Assembly (NCBI GenBank): GCA_904063045.1
Contig: CAJFCJ010000023.1
Location: 833,034-897,033, forward strand
Direction: 5' to 3'
DNA length: 64,000 nucleotides
From: Dimorphilus gyrociliatus
Taxonomy: Eukaryota; Animalia; Annelida
Every line of letters starts with the position of its first letter. Position 1 is the first letter of the stretch. A program made the translations under genes and the position numbers. Under the pieces are notes generated by a model that was given only the letters and a program-made list of their open reading frames with translations, searched no databases and was not told where the DNA came from. Of the stretch, positions 12,817-27,107 are shown one piece after another.

Positions 12817-14324
12817 TCTGCTTTTCCGCCAAATTAACGGGAAAACTATACGTATTGTTTGCTGGTTGATAGATAAATGATAGGAATAGTAAAGATCGGT
12901 CATCTGTAAAAAAAAAAACAAAAAAGACATAATTGAAAACAAGATTAAAAGGATTTTTTAGCCTATTTTAGGAGATAAGTCTGCAGGGCTGTAATAATTA
13001 ATTGAGATAAAAAGGTGGAGATAAAGAGAGAGAGAGAGAGAGAGGTAGTGAGGCAAACCAAGAAGAAATATATAGATAAATAGACAAAGAAAAGATATAA
13101 GGTACACAGATAGGCAGACTTAAACATAAAGAATCGAGTAAAGGGAACGGGGTACAGTATAAAATGATACAAACGAGCATAATAGATAAAAAGGACGGAG
13201 AGCGATTTGAAAAGAGTGAAAAGTTAATAGGATGATAATATGGTAAAAGAGATTTCTTTTGGATGTTGATAAAAAATTCATAAGAAATTGATGAGCCTAA
13301 AATCCTCGTATATATATTATTATAAGAGTGTAAATATAGAATAAAGTAAAAATAAACTTTTCTTTTATAGATAGAAATCCTATTTCTATAAAGTAAAAGT
13401 TGGAGTTTTTTTCTGTTTTGTTTTTTATTTTCGCTTTTCTCTTGTCTCAAAAGAACGATCGCTACATTATTTTTGCCTTTTCACTCTTATTTACTGTTGG
13501 CAGTTTAGCTTTTTATTCGGTTTATTGTATTGTTATAGTCCGGAAATTTAGAAAGGATTTTATGACAGCGATTTTTAGTTGGCGAGTTGCGCTTAAGATT
13601 ACAACTTCCGTTCACTTTTTGTTCTTTTTTTTTCTCTTTTCCTTAACTTTTTCACTCTTAATTTTCTACTTGAAATAGAAAAAAGTTGACGAAATAGAAG
13701 AACAAAAGAGACGACCTCTAATTTAGCCGATTCAGCAAAAAAAAACCGTTAATGATTTTATAATAAACTTAAACCTCCCTTCTTTAGCAAACCTCTATTT
13801 AAGAAAAAGTTCAACAGCCTCTGAAGAGAAGGTATTTATTTGGAGCTCGAGCATAAAAAGGGCAAACTCTAGATCAATTACCAACTTGTAATTGTTGAAT
13901 GCGGATAAGGAGAGTAAATGACCAAAGTTCTAAAAGGTGTCAAAGATAACTTTACCGCTTGGCTTGGTATCATTTCAACGAGTGTTTCTCTTTAATAAAA
14001 GAGTAAATGCCTTTTTTTACGGCCCCATTGATAATATATATACATATACGTGTGCGTATATATACTGTATATATACAGTATATTTGTATATTTAACTAAA
14101 TAATTAAACAAACAAACGATTAAACAGCAAGTATGCTAAATAAACATGGAAATTAATTATATAACAGACAAAAACATTTTATTATTTAATTAGTTCAACG
14201 GAACTCGATTTAAACAGTTTATACTAAATATTCCCCTTTTCTTCTTTCCCTCTTCAACTTTATCTTTTTCAACCAGTTTATAAAACTTCATAAAAATGGC
14301 GTTTAATTTTTTTAGGATAAGATA

Positions 14325-14332
14325 TGACGTCA
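14325..14332. promoter_or_regulatory. Perfect CRE palindrome TGACGTCA at the start of a locally GC-richer island, possibly regulatory for the EH-like gene
   Basis: Motif seen directly; assignment to the gene is inference. Confidence 0.3.
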
Positions 14333-16509
14333 TCAACTACTGTTGAAATGTTTAGAGACGCCGCAGTCGCTGTGCGGGAGCCGTTTCATTCAACCGGTTA
14401 GTACTTTGATGTTTTTTGCGAGTTTCTCTTCCAAGAGCTGAGTAGTTTATTTCTCGTATTTGAGAGGATAAACATTCAAATAAGGAGTTTACAAGCATGT
14501 ATTTCCTTTATTCTTTTTTTTTTCCTCTTTTCTCTTGTTTTCGTTAGGAAAGTTGAAGATAAAGCAATTAATCCAAAATTGTTACGGCAATTTTGTTTGT
14601 TTGTTTGTTTTGTTACACCTATATGTAGATATTGAAGAGAACTCAATTATATCATGTAATTAATCTTGAAAAAAACCTGTTTAGTTTCTTTTTTTCTCCT
14701 TTTCTTCTTTGTTTTTCTATTTCCTCTTTCCTTAATTGGAGACACGACGAAAGAGAATAAGGTAAAGATGATTGGTGTGTAGAGAGAATAAGGAGGAAGG
14801 AGAAGAAGACGGAGAAAATTTTTTTTTATTACCTTGTAAAGTAAATCGGGAAAGTAATAAACAACTTTTGACTTGTGTCTTTGTCAAATCAACACATTTC
14901 AAAGAAGTTTGATCTTTGAAAAAGTTACCTATAAAATGCCCAATTTACAGTATACAGTGTATATATATATAGATACTCTACGTATCATCTGTAGATATCA
15001 CGTTTAAGAAATATAGGCTTTTTTATTATTCGCTTACATGTTTCTGTTCCTTCTTTACTGTCTGCATCCTCGCCTCATCTCTTTTTTCTCTTAGAAAAAA
15101 AAGTGTCAAAAACGTCTGTTAACCCTTTCAAAGTATACTTTCAAACAATATAGACGTGAAAACGGTTGGTTAAAAATAGAGAATTTTTAGAATATAACGA
15201 TAAAAGTAAACTCTTTTCACAAGTTTTCACAACTAATACACGTAAATCTACTTTTGTGGAAGATAAATCTGGGTTAGGGACTTTTTTTATTTCTTTACTT
15301 TAACTTTAAATAGAAGAAGAATTCTTCAAATGTACTTTTTCTATTTCCTTTCGTCTTCTCCCCTCCACACCTTCGTCACCTTTTAGCGAAAACTTTATAA
15401 ACTCTTATATTTTCATTGTAGTCTTTATGTAGTTGTTAACTCGTTCAAAATCAATTCTTGTTATTGAGATCAGTTCTATATTTAGATTTCCATTATATGC
15501 ATGTTATATATATATATAAAAGCACTTGTGCGTATAATGTAGGAATACTTGTACGAAGTGTAAAGTTGTGTCTATTAGAAAGTCTCCGGCGCCAAAGTCA
15601 TCGCGACTCGTTCCCCTCTTTGAAAGTATTGTCATATTGTTTGTACACTTTTCTTGTATTATAATAACTACTTTCCTGCTACGAGATTGCTTGATCTTCC
15701 AGTACAAACCTGTGTAAGATAATTGAAAATGAAAGGCTAATAAGCATAGCTATAAATATATACAAATGTTATAATTAAGTATATTGTTATTTGTATGGCC
15801 TTTAAAGAAGCATCTGTTGTAAGAGAGGAATTCGTTTAAAGTTGGTGTACTTTTCGTGTAATTATCTGAAGAAAGAGAAATATTTTAACAATTAGATATT
15901 AATTGTTCGTTTTTTCTCTTTCTTGCTAATTTCTTCGTTCATCTCATCTATATTTGTAATATAAAGTCTATATATTGCGTTGGATTATAAGCACTCTACC
16001 ACACGTCTATAGATATTTATAATTCTTTTTTATTATATATATATATACCATGTATTTCTACAATGCACACATCTTCTGTGCTATAACCTAGATCTATACG
16101 ACTCCTATCTATACATATATACAATATATTTATATATACAGTATATATGTTTTCACTATTTCTATTATTACTCTGTATATAAAAATGATGATTATAGGCC
16201 TCGAAAAAGGTCTTTTGAAGTAAATCACGAATTAGGAAGAATGCATGCTGCGCTACTCCTTCCTTTAATTCTGCCTGTAGTCATTATCTGTGTCAGCATG
16301 CGACTATTTTTGTACGACTAACGATCACGTGATAACTCTAATTTCGTCGCTGCCGATTATGTACTTTGAATAGTTAAATTATTGTATGACATTACATAAT
16401 TACAAATTTCAAAAGAATTCTCTATATTAAGGGAGGGAAAGAGGGGTGGAAAGGAGCAGGAAAGAGAAAAGTATAGCTTTGGAATAAGAGCGTTTTAGAG
16501 GTAGAGAGC

Positions 16510-16590
16510 TGGAGGGAGGGAGGGAGGGAGGCAGAGAAAGAAAGAGAGAGGGAGGGAGGGAGGGAGGGAGGGAGGGAGGGAGGGGGAGAG
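16510..16590 (+). repeat. (GGGA)n purine tract with G-quadruplex potential
   Basis: More than 8 consecutive GGGA units at about 16551-16588. Confidence 0.85.
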
Positions 16591-18628
16591 CGCGATAAAT
16601 CAGGAAGAAAAATAAAGGTTAAAGAAATTTGATTTATAGGGCTTTAAGAGACAATTAAAAGATAAATATTGTAGGGCGAAATTGAAAGCTCGTACATAGC
16701 CGAGGGATTAATAATGAAGGGCAAACGTGGCTCTATCAAGTCCATGAAGAAAGCTAATGATAGACATCATTTAAATCGTTATCAAAGAGAGAAATACAAT
16801 AGTTATCGATAGTTTGTGAGAGAAAAATGAGTTATTATCAATAATTAGTTGAATTACTAATTAAGCGCCGCGATCCTTTTAATTGCTTATACAGCATATC
16901 AAACTTTTTCAAAAGAACTCCCGCTATAGCTCTTTTCCCTATGAAAGTAAGTAAATCTTTCGTAAGATCCCCCGCGTCTTGACTATTGGATTATTTTTTC
17001 ACTCCAACTGCAAAATCAGCAAAATTTTTCTCCCATCTTCGAATCCATAGAAAGTAATTCCTTCTCCAGCACCTTTCCCCAGAGGAGTTTGAAAAAGAAA
17101 AGAGAAGTTGAGTAAAGAGAGCAGTTTAAATTGACTATATAGACATTCTATTAGAATGATATTCAAATCCATCTAGCAGCCCCAAGCTTTTAAGCTTATT
17201 AATAAAGGTAATGATAGGAATCCGTTTTTAAATTTAGTTAAAAAAAACTTCCATCTATGCTTTCTTATCAATTTTCAATCTGTTACACCTGAGAAGTGAG
17301 AGAGAGAGAGAGAGAGAGAGAGACTTAAAGGAAACTGGAAAACATTAGTGAGAAACAACGAATTGTATACTGCTTGTTTAGAGTACTTAACATGTGTGAG
17401 ATTAGGCGAGTTACCGGTATACGCGGATGAAAGGGAAAGACAGACAAGAGCTAATACAAACGTAAAATGAAGATAAAAGAAGCAGGCGCGAATTACAAGT
17501 CCTCAATATTAGTTTTTCCCCTCACTAATAACTTTACTACATCTTGCTTAGCGAGAATAAATCAATGATATTATGAAAATTTTTCCTTTTTATATTGTCA
17601 TGTTAAAATAGACAAATAGCAGAGATATTTCATTTTTTCTTTTACGAATACAACATGAAGAAGGTAAGCACTTCGCGTCACATCTGACAAGGAAACGATG
17701 GCGCAATTAAAACCCTCAGTAGGGAGTCAGTGTCCAGTTTTTTTTTGCGAATAAATCCAATTAGATTCTTCTCTCCCTACCTATGCATGATTTTGCTCGG
17801 AGACAGTTAATCTTGTATAAATTTAGTCAACCATTCCCTTTCTCTTCCGGAAAAAGCAAAGAAGAAAGTTATACACATTTTAGGTCTTGTTTCAAAAACT
17901 TAATATTTCATTTACAACACTCAAAACTACTTTAAACTAACACTTTGTATGCGCCAGAAATGAAAAGAGAAATAGCAACTAGATGGCGTTTCGGAGCCAG
18001 TTTTTCCACATTATTAAAAGCGAGATATTGTGCAAAGTTTGCGATTCAAGCTGACAGAAAAAAGTTATTTTTTAGCCGACAATTAGAGACATCTATTTTC
18101 TCAGTCTCATTCGCTATTGCAACCGCCCGGAACCTAACGTCCTCATCATTTTAACCATCTCTCTCTTTTATTTAAGTAAAGTAGATAACTTTTTTACTAT
18201 TCAAATCTATTATAAGCAATTCAACTCTAATCTTTCATTTGAGAAGCATAAAAAAGCTGAGGAAGAAGAAGTAGAAGAAACAGAAAAAGATGATAATTAT
18301 TGAGTTTTGCTGGCAGATTTTACCATATTTCTCATTGAAATACAAAAACAAACCAGCGAACGTCTAAAATTAAATTATTGCAAATTGCTTTGTATTGGAA
18401 TATTTTGGAATGTTTTACTTTATGTATTTTTTTCATTTCATTCATTCGTTCATTCGTTCATTCATTCTTTATTTCATTATTTCGTATTTTCTTAATCATT
18501 AAATAAAGTTGTTATTATTCTAATATATATGTCTATATATATGTCTATATATATATATATATATTTATTTATTTATTTATATAAACATACTTTTTTTCTG
18601 TTTCAGGGTCAGAGAATTATCAAATATC

Positions 18629-19151
18629 ATGCGCTGTATTCTAGCATGTTTAGCTGTTCTTCTTGTTGAGGCATCATTTGCAAATTTCGCTCCACCGTAT
18701 CCCATTCAGGACATGGACCCAGAACACGGATGTTTATTCGCTTGTTATGGCTGTTACAAGTCACAGGTTACTTAATATTTTCTTTATTTATGTTAGCGAG
18801 TAAAAATAATAAAAGACAAAGGCTGGGAGAGAGTTATTTTCGGTACAAGGAAGAAAAAATTTTTTCCTCTTCCTTTTTCGGCCAGAGAAAATAGCTGTTT
18901 CCTAGTTTGATAAGAATATAATTGTTCTCATTGTTAGTGTACTCCTTTAATAAAAACATATATATATATATATACTATATATATATATATATATATATAT
19001 GTATTGAATACAGTCGGAAAAGATTTTGTTGGAGTGCGCTAACCATATTTGCACTGTGGGTTTGATGACTGGAACGATTCATAGAAGATGGTTTCACACG
19101 TGTCCCGATCTAAAAGTAGTGTTCGATTCGAAATTTAATCAATTAAGTTGA
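18629..19151 (+). CDS. Secreted six-cysteine prepropeptide, eclosion-hormone-like, 91 aa, 2 coding exons
   Basis: Exons 18629-18766 and 19014-19151 (CAG|GTTACT...AATACAG|, phase 0). MRCILACLAVLLVEASFA-NFAPPYPIQDMDPEHGCLFACYGCYKSQSEKILLECANHICTVGLMTGTIHRRWFHTCPDLKVVFDSKFNQLS*. Hydrophobic signal peptide; Cys spacing x3-x2-x11-x4-x16. A strong acceptor at 18606 upstream of the ATG implies a 5' UTR intron. Absent from the ORF track because each exon is under 60 aa. Confidence 0.8.
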
Positions 19152-21613
19152 AGAGAGAAGAGTGAAAAATAAAGTCAATAAGAAATAAGAAGGACGAATG
19201 GTAAAACTTTTATTTATCATTTTCTTCTTTAATTGATAAAATGATAAAAAAATGAAAAAAAAGATAAATATTAAAAGAGAGAAATTGTAAAAATTGTATA
19301 ATGAAAACAATACAAAAGAGAGAAAATTCCTAAATATTTTAGTTATATGATCAAAATGAAATAAATATCTTCCTTGAAAACCAATCATTGTATTTTACTA
19401 AATATTTTATCCGTTCCTTCCTCCTTCTGCTCTTAATATACTGGCTTTCTTGCTTACTCGCCTACTTTTATTCCTCCTACTCTTTTTCTCTCTCTCTTCC
19501 TTCTTCTATTTCTACATTTTCATCAATTTTGTTAAATCATTCATGTTGCTAGTCTCATCACTAATTTATCAATAAACCTCTTTTTCTAATTTCCTCCTTC
19601 ATTTCTCTTCGTATTTGCTCAGACGTTCGGCGCCATTTATATGATCTATACCGAGAAAACTTTTGGAAAAAGAAGAAGAGAAAGACAAGATGTAGATAGA
19701 TAAATTGATAGACAGATAGAAAGAAGGAAAAGGAGTAGGAAAGGTGAAAAAAAAGTAAGAAATAAACACTGGAACAATGAAAAATATGAGAATATCACCA
19801 CTTTCGTGTTTTTTCTCATTTTAGAAGAAAAATAGAGATGAGAATAAAAATCTTTCACTTTTCTCTCACAGCCGTGTTTTTTAGCACTGCAGTGATAATT
19901 AATTAAGCAACCCTATCCCTGTACAATAACAGTAAGATGAGCAAGGTACGCTGGAAAGATCTACTATCAAAAAGGACAACCGAGTAATAAACTTTTCAAT
20001 TCTTAGACTCAGCAGCGTTTTGTCCCTTCAATTTGATTTGTCTTTCAAAGGAAAGAGTAGAAATTGAATTATTGGCAAATAGTTTAAATTGTTATTAAAT
20101 GCGTGGGAGCTGTTACAGTTAAAAACTGACTGACACTATCCTGATACGAATGCCAAAAAATTGTAGATAGATATATACAGTACTTAGTATATATCTTAGA
20201 AAAGAATGGACAATGTTCATTTTGAAATACTATCATGTTCAAAAAAGAATAAAGACAATCTTTAACTCATTTTTAGGACATTGAAGGTACAGTATTTCTT
20301 TTCTTTGTAAATCTCTCTATATCTCAAATAATAGAGTTCTTTTTCTTTTTCTTTCTTCGAACTCCCTTCCGAGTACACTCTTTTTCGATATAATAACAAA
20401 GAGGGGAGGTACTTTCTAACAAAAGAAGGAGTATGGTAGGTAGACGAGTCAATAAAAGCATTTAAATGGCATTAGAGGTAATCAGAAAAAGGGAGAAATG
20501 ATCATTAACATCTATCCATAATTGTGAACCTCACAATGGACTTACTTTTGAAGCTGCAAAAAGCCCAAAATGCAGCAATTTACTATTTCAGAATCCTACG
20601 CTAAGCAAGGGATAATTTCATAATAAAAAGAGAAATACATAGAGTATGCTTAAACATTTTTAGACTCTTTCTCGCATTTGAGAGAATGCTGAATATGATC
20701 TATTTATCTTATTCTACAAAATGAATTAAGAGAGGGAGATGTTGATTCTGTGATGCTATTGTGCTGATGCTGCCACTTCTCCTCCTCCTCCTCATCCTCA
20801 TCACCATTATCATCGCAATGGCAATGAAGGCGAATGTGGCAATCCAATCATAATAAGACTATGACGGTAGTATCATTGATGATAGAAATCAATGGTTTCA
20901 TTCTAATTAGATGAAACAGATAGGTATACAAATGAAAATTGGCGCATGTTCTAAAATGGGATACATTTACCTAGTTCTTTTTTTTATTCTATAACCGATG
21001 AAACCACTGAAAAGACAAATTACGCGGAAAAGGACAAACTATTCATAAAAAGAAAAAAAACATTAAAACATGACATTTTTTCTTTTCAGCCATTGCCAGG
21101 CCAACTGGAACGGCAACATCTGACTGATCAAATGAATGGAGGGAAAATGAAAAAATATGAATAAAAATAGGGTAGGAACAAAAGCCAACATGCCACGTCG
21201 AGTGGTATTTTGGTCGAGTAATAATGATAAACCAGTTTTGGCAGCGTGAAAAGATATTGGAAGTCTTGGCGTGTGTTCTCATTTTTAACCATATACAATA
21301 GGCCTTTGTCTAATTGTACTTAAAATATAAGGTGTTGTTTACTTGCACGAAGATAAACATTTTGTGTCTGAAGAGAATTATATACATACATATATACATA
21401 ATACATAAACTGTATGCATGCTTTTCTTCGGACATATGTGTATGTGTGTATGTGTGTGTGTTTGTCTTTGTTATTTTCACTGATCTTTCAGATAGTCTCT
21501 CTGTAAATGATTCCAATAAAAATGAGCTTATTTTTATCGATATTCCAATAACAACTGCTGTTTGCAACTGGTTGGTGTACTCTTTTTTTTCCTTGTATTC
21601 TTCTTTTTTGCCG

Positions 21614-21657
<44 letters not shown>

Positions 21658-22152
21658 ACCAACTGCCCCCTCCCCTTCCCTCCTCCTACGCCATTCCTCC
21701 CTATTTTGCTCTCCGACTACAATTCACGCTAACATAATCAGCGAAATTAAGAAAGAATATAATAGGAGAAAAACATATTTCACAGCATCTGTCATTAGCG
21801 GTAGATTATTTTTCCTCAAATGCGAATGCTTCTTCAGAACAGCGCCAAGTCTACGCGTAAGAAACCACCTATAGATGCTGTCATCTAAAAAAGATGAAGT
21901 TGTCAAAGTAGAGTGCAAACGCTGCACGGTTATGTAGACTAATTTGCATGCTCAGTCGGTTTGGCGGTAAAAAAAAATGCGAATCTAAAGAGAAAATGGA
22001 ATAATTTACGACTATATTCTTAACTTTTATTACACAGTCATCTCCCGCAACTCGTCAGCTCTTTGATTATTACCTAAAAATTCCTTCTTTTTAAGTATTT
22101 CTGCAGAAAAACAGCTCTAAACGACCTCCAAATGTCCGCAATCGAACGTAGG

Positions 22153-22160
22153 TGACGTCA
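22153..22160. promoter_or_regulatory. Perfect CRE TGACGTCA about 75 nt upstream of the candidate orphan gene ATG
   Basis: Motif seen directly; role inferred from position. Confidence 0.35.
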
Positions 22161-22233
22161 ATAAATGCACCTGAAAAATAGCGTCACCATGCATTTTAAA
22201 TAAGCAGATATAAGCATATAGTTGTAGAAAAAT

Positions 22234-23431
22234 ATGGAGGAAAGACGTCTACCGTCCCCAAATTCGTTAAATTCGAGTATATCTTCAAATGGTGCCCAAG
22301 TTGGCGTGATTCGGACTCTAAGCGCGTCTTCGCCCCGTCAACATCACGGTAAAAATTGTACGTTTGCCTTTTACCTATTTTCTATTTTAATTATTCGCAT
22401 AAATTTTTCACCCCCCCTGTCTTTTTCATTCTTCTTTCCTTCTCCTTCCCTCTGCCATTTTTATCTCATTAATTCTCATCCAGCGTTTCATTCAACTTTT
22501 ATGGACACTCTAACCCTGGCAGCAAAACAGCAAATAGACAACAAAGAAAAAACAATTAGTTTCAAGTGTAAATTATAATTTATACGATTTGGCTTTATTT
22601 TTCTTTTTTCACGTTTGTTCAAGAACAGAAGTATCTTCCTCCTTTTCTTGCTTCTCTCATTTTTGCCTCTCATTTCTGTCCCTCCTTCCTCTAGTTTACT
22701 CAGGGTTAGAAATATATATATATACAGTATATATACAGTATATTAACATTTTGTTTCATGGAAAAAAATCAAAGTCTATAGTATTATTTATCAGTTTTCA
22801 TAGCAACATCTATCGCCTATCGACTATTCTAAGCGGTAGATGTCGCTAATATACAAGAGCAACTTGGCTATTATTTCGCCACCTACAGATAGAGTTGACA
22901 TTTCTATTTTTGATAAATGAATCTTCATTCAAAAAAAGGAACATTTTGTTTGCATTTACATTTCCACAATCTATAATATTGAATACATCGTATCTATATG
23001 ACACGTTAAATAAAATGCCAAAATCAACTTTCCTCCCTCAAGTACCATCGCCGATTATTAACTTTATACATTACCAAACAGCCCATGGTCACGTGCTTAT
23101 AAGGAAAGACACGCCGAGAGTTTTAGATCTTCCCGTAAAAGTACCATCAAAATGCAAACCAACGTGTGGCTTTCGAGATTTATATAACATGCATTCTTAC
23201 AAGATTGAAAAGTCGACCGTAAAACAGAAATACTTGACTGCAGGAACTCAAAATGCAACTGAAATGTTAATCAACTTGGCTCAGATGAATGGTGGCTATG
23301 TAAATATAGGAGATATTCCAACAGAGGTAGCTGAAAAAGTTTTTTCAAAGCATCAAGCAACTAAAGAAAGTGCAAGAACGACTTACGATAAATGTGTATG
23401 TTGGTTGAACGCTATTTCATTATCTCCGTGA
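22234..23431 (+). CDS. Candidate orphan protein, 167 aa in 2 exons (or 138 aa single exon from ATG 23015)
   Basis: Exon 1 is 22234-22348 (AATATGG start, CACG|GTAAAA phase-1 donor). Exon 2 is 23043-23431 (CTTTCCTCCCTCAAG| phase-1 acceptor). The amino-acid composition is balanced and not low-complexity, unlike the spurious ORFs. No family recognised. Confidence 0.5.
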
Positions 23432-24903
23432 ACCATAAATCATAGACAGAGCGATAAAACCAAACAAATAAAAACAAATAGAATAGTTTTTTTTTTTTAA
23501 AAAAAAAATATAAACTAAAATTTTACTTTATCTTTTTATTATTAGCTTATTATTACTTCCATTTTACTTTAATTTGTTGTTTTGTTTGTTTTAACTTTTT
23601 TCTTTAAAAAAACAAAAAAAGTGAAGATGAATAACAAAAAAAAAAGGAAAAGAAACCAAAACAAAAAAATATTCATTTCTGCTTCGTTAACGGCCATAAA
23701 ATGCTTTCTCGTAAAGCGTTCCGCATGGTGGATTTCGCCTCATTTTGGCGCACTTGTGTGTTTATCAGGCGCTGATACGATAATGAATGTAGTTTAGCGT
23801 ATTTGCTTGCTTGTTTGCGGGAAATTGACATTTTTCCTCTTTTCATTTGCGTATTATTGTGTAATTTACGTTATGGAAATATATGAGACGCAACCGTCCC
23901 TTTATTATAGCAGAAGCCGTAAATTCAAGTTGATATACCGAGGAAAATTGCCATAAATCGGCTACAGTCTATCTTCAAAGGCTAATTTTCGGATTATTGA
24001 AGGGAAATGATGAGACCGTGTTAGAATGCGACCGTCTGCTTGTTTAATTCGTGATCTTCCTACTGTCTTTTCCACATGATAAAGCAAACGTCTAACTCAT
24101 TATTACTAATAGACAATCAAGCGCAACAAGAGCACCGCAAAAAGTCAGAAAATGGCACGAATTTACTGAGCTATAGTGTCCATTCGTGACTAACGATTTA
24201 TTTAATACGCTTCAATAAACAAACAGACTGCAATACAAAAGATGTGAAAATTTAATTTATGTAGCTTGTTCAAATTTATTCAATGAGTCTTTAAAAAAAA
24301 AATAGACTAGTGTTTTATATTCCTTTCTCTCGAACGATTTCTTCCCTCATCTTCCTTCCCTATTCCCTCCCTCTCTTCCCTTCTCTAAATTTCTATCCCT
24401 TTACTTTTCAACTTTTTTTTTATCATAAAAAATAATACCGTAATTTTCTTTCTCTTTACTCGAAAGTCGACTACCTACGTCATACATTCGACTTATTCTC
24501 CACCTCCTCTTCCTCCTCAACTCCTCTTCTATTATTATTAACTACCTAATTATCATGCTCTCTACTGTGTTCATAATGTATAGAAAATATCCGACAAATT
24601 TTCTCTTTCCTTCGCCCCCCTACCTTCTATTAAATTCCCTTCAGGTTATGGCTCGTGACACGTGTAGTGAGTTTCATCAAAATCTGTTGGTGGTATACCA
24701 AATTGGTTTGCTAGTTAAGCGTTAAAAAAGTGTTCAATAATCTCTTGAATATAAAGTTTTTGAATAGCCTGAAAGTTTTTCGTCAAATTCATATTTTTAC
24801 ATGAATTAGTAAACAAGTTTGCCAAATTGTTAATTGTTTGTTAAATTGCTTCTCTTCCGTTTTACGGCTACGAGGAAAAAGTTACAAACAAACAAAAGGA
24901 AAC

Positions 24904-24941
<38 letters not shown>

Positions 24942-25251
24942 CAGACAAACAGACAGACGGAGAATTTAAAAATAAGGGCGTCTAATTTTGTGAAATCTGT
25001 TCTTTTTGGATTTAAAAATAGAGCTACAAATCAAGAGTAAAAGATTTTTAATTGCAGAAATTAAAGAAAAATCGCTTAGTGCTAAAATCATCGTAAAACA
25101 CTCTAATTTACACATAACACTCTTAATACAGCCGCTTTCCGCTTCAACACTTTTGCTCATTAAGCTAACAAGTACAGCCTCTCTTTCTATAACACACTTA
25201 CCATCTTAATCACCCTTTAATTACCCTCTCAACACCGCCGAATCTATTTGG

Positions 25252-25274
25252 CCAATCAGCTACGAGTTGGGCGG
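25252..25274 (+). promoter_or_regulatory. CCAAT box plus GC box (GGCCAATCAG...GGGCGGAG), probable homeobox gene promoter
   Basis: CCAAT at 25252-25256 and GGGCGG at 25269-25274, about 240 nt upstream of the ATG. Confidence 0.5.
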
Positions 25275-25513
25275 AGTCAGCTTCGTGTAATCTCTATGGG
25301 GGGTCATTTAATTCTCGCTGCATTTCTAAGTTCTTATCTCTATCGTTTATTTGGCGGCGGTGAAACAGTATCATTTGTTTATTTAGAAACTTATCTTGTT
25401 TAAGGAAGATGTTTAAATTGTTTGGGAAAACAGAGGTAGCTTAATTAGCAATTTAGAAATGGTTGCCTTGTAAAAATTTTCTTATTGCCTCTGGCCGGCT
25501 TCTTTGTGCTTAG

Positions 25514-26654
<1,141 letters not shown>

Positions 26655-27096
26655 GTATTTGCGTTTGTCGAATTAACTGTTGATTTACCATTTCATTTTT
26701 CTCTTCACGTCGCTCGCTCTGTATCTGTCTCTATCTCTATCTCTATCTCTTTCTCTTTCTCTTTCTCTCTTTCCCTTTGTGCAAGTATGTCTGTTCGTGT
26801 TTGTATTTGTTTAATCCATCTGTCAAAATTATCTTGTACTATATTTAAATGAATGTAAAACAATTACAATGTGTTCATTATGCAGTATACTGTATTATTA
26901 TTATTATATTATTAGTATATATACATATATATTTCGAAATGTATGGTATATAACTAAGTATGGTTGTCGTGCTCAATCGACATAAGTTTTCTTCATTGTT
27001 GTTATCCTCGGTAAAAGGGAAAAAGAAGGGAAAAGAGTAGAAAGAAACACGGAAAACCAATATTTAATACCTAAATTAGACTAGACTATAAACAAG

Positions 27097-27107
27097 AGAT
27101 GGCGCTA
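27097..27107 (+). promoter_or_regulatory. CTCF-like motif AGATGGCGCTA 3' of the homeobox gene
   Basis: Exact core seen; function inferred. Confidence 0.35.

Noticed and set aside
16241-16321. 26-aa hydrophobic sORF MHAALLLPLILPVVIICVSMRLFLYD next to an E-box palindrome
   Set aside because: Too short to distinguish from chance without expression or conservation data.
20740-21300. Pro/His-rich frame and a strong acceptor near 21090
   Set aside because: It derives from CCT/CAT triplet repeats; the frames close quickly and no partner exon was found.
22895-23014. N-terminal 40 codons of the 178-aa ORF in the track
   Set aside because: It starts at TTG and is T-rich like intron or UTR sequence; better explained as intron before the 23043 acceptor or UTR before ATG 23015.
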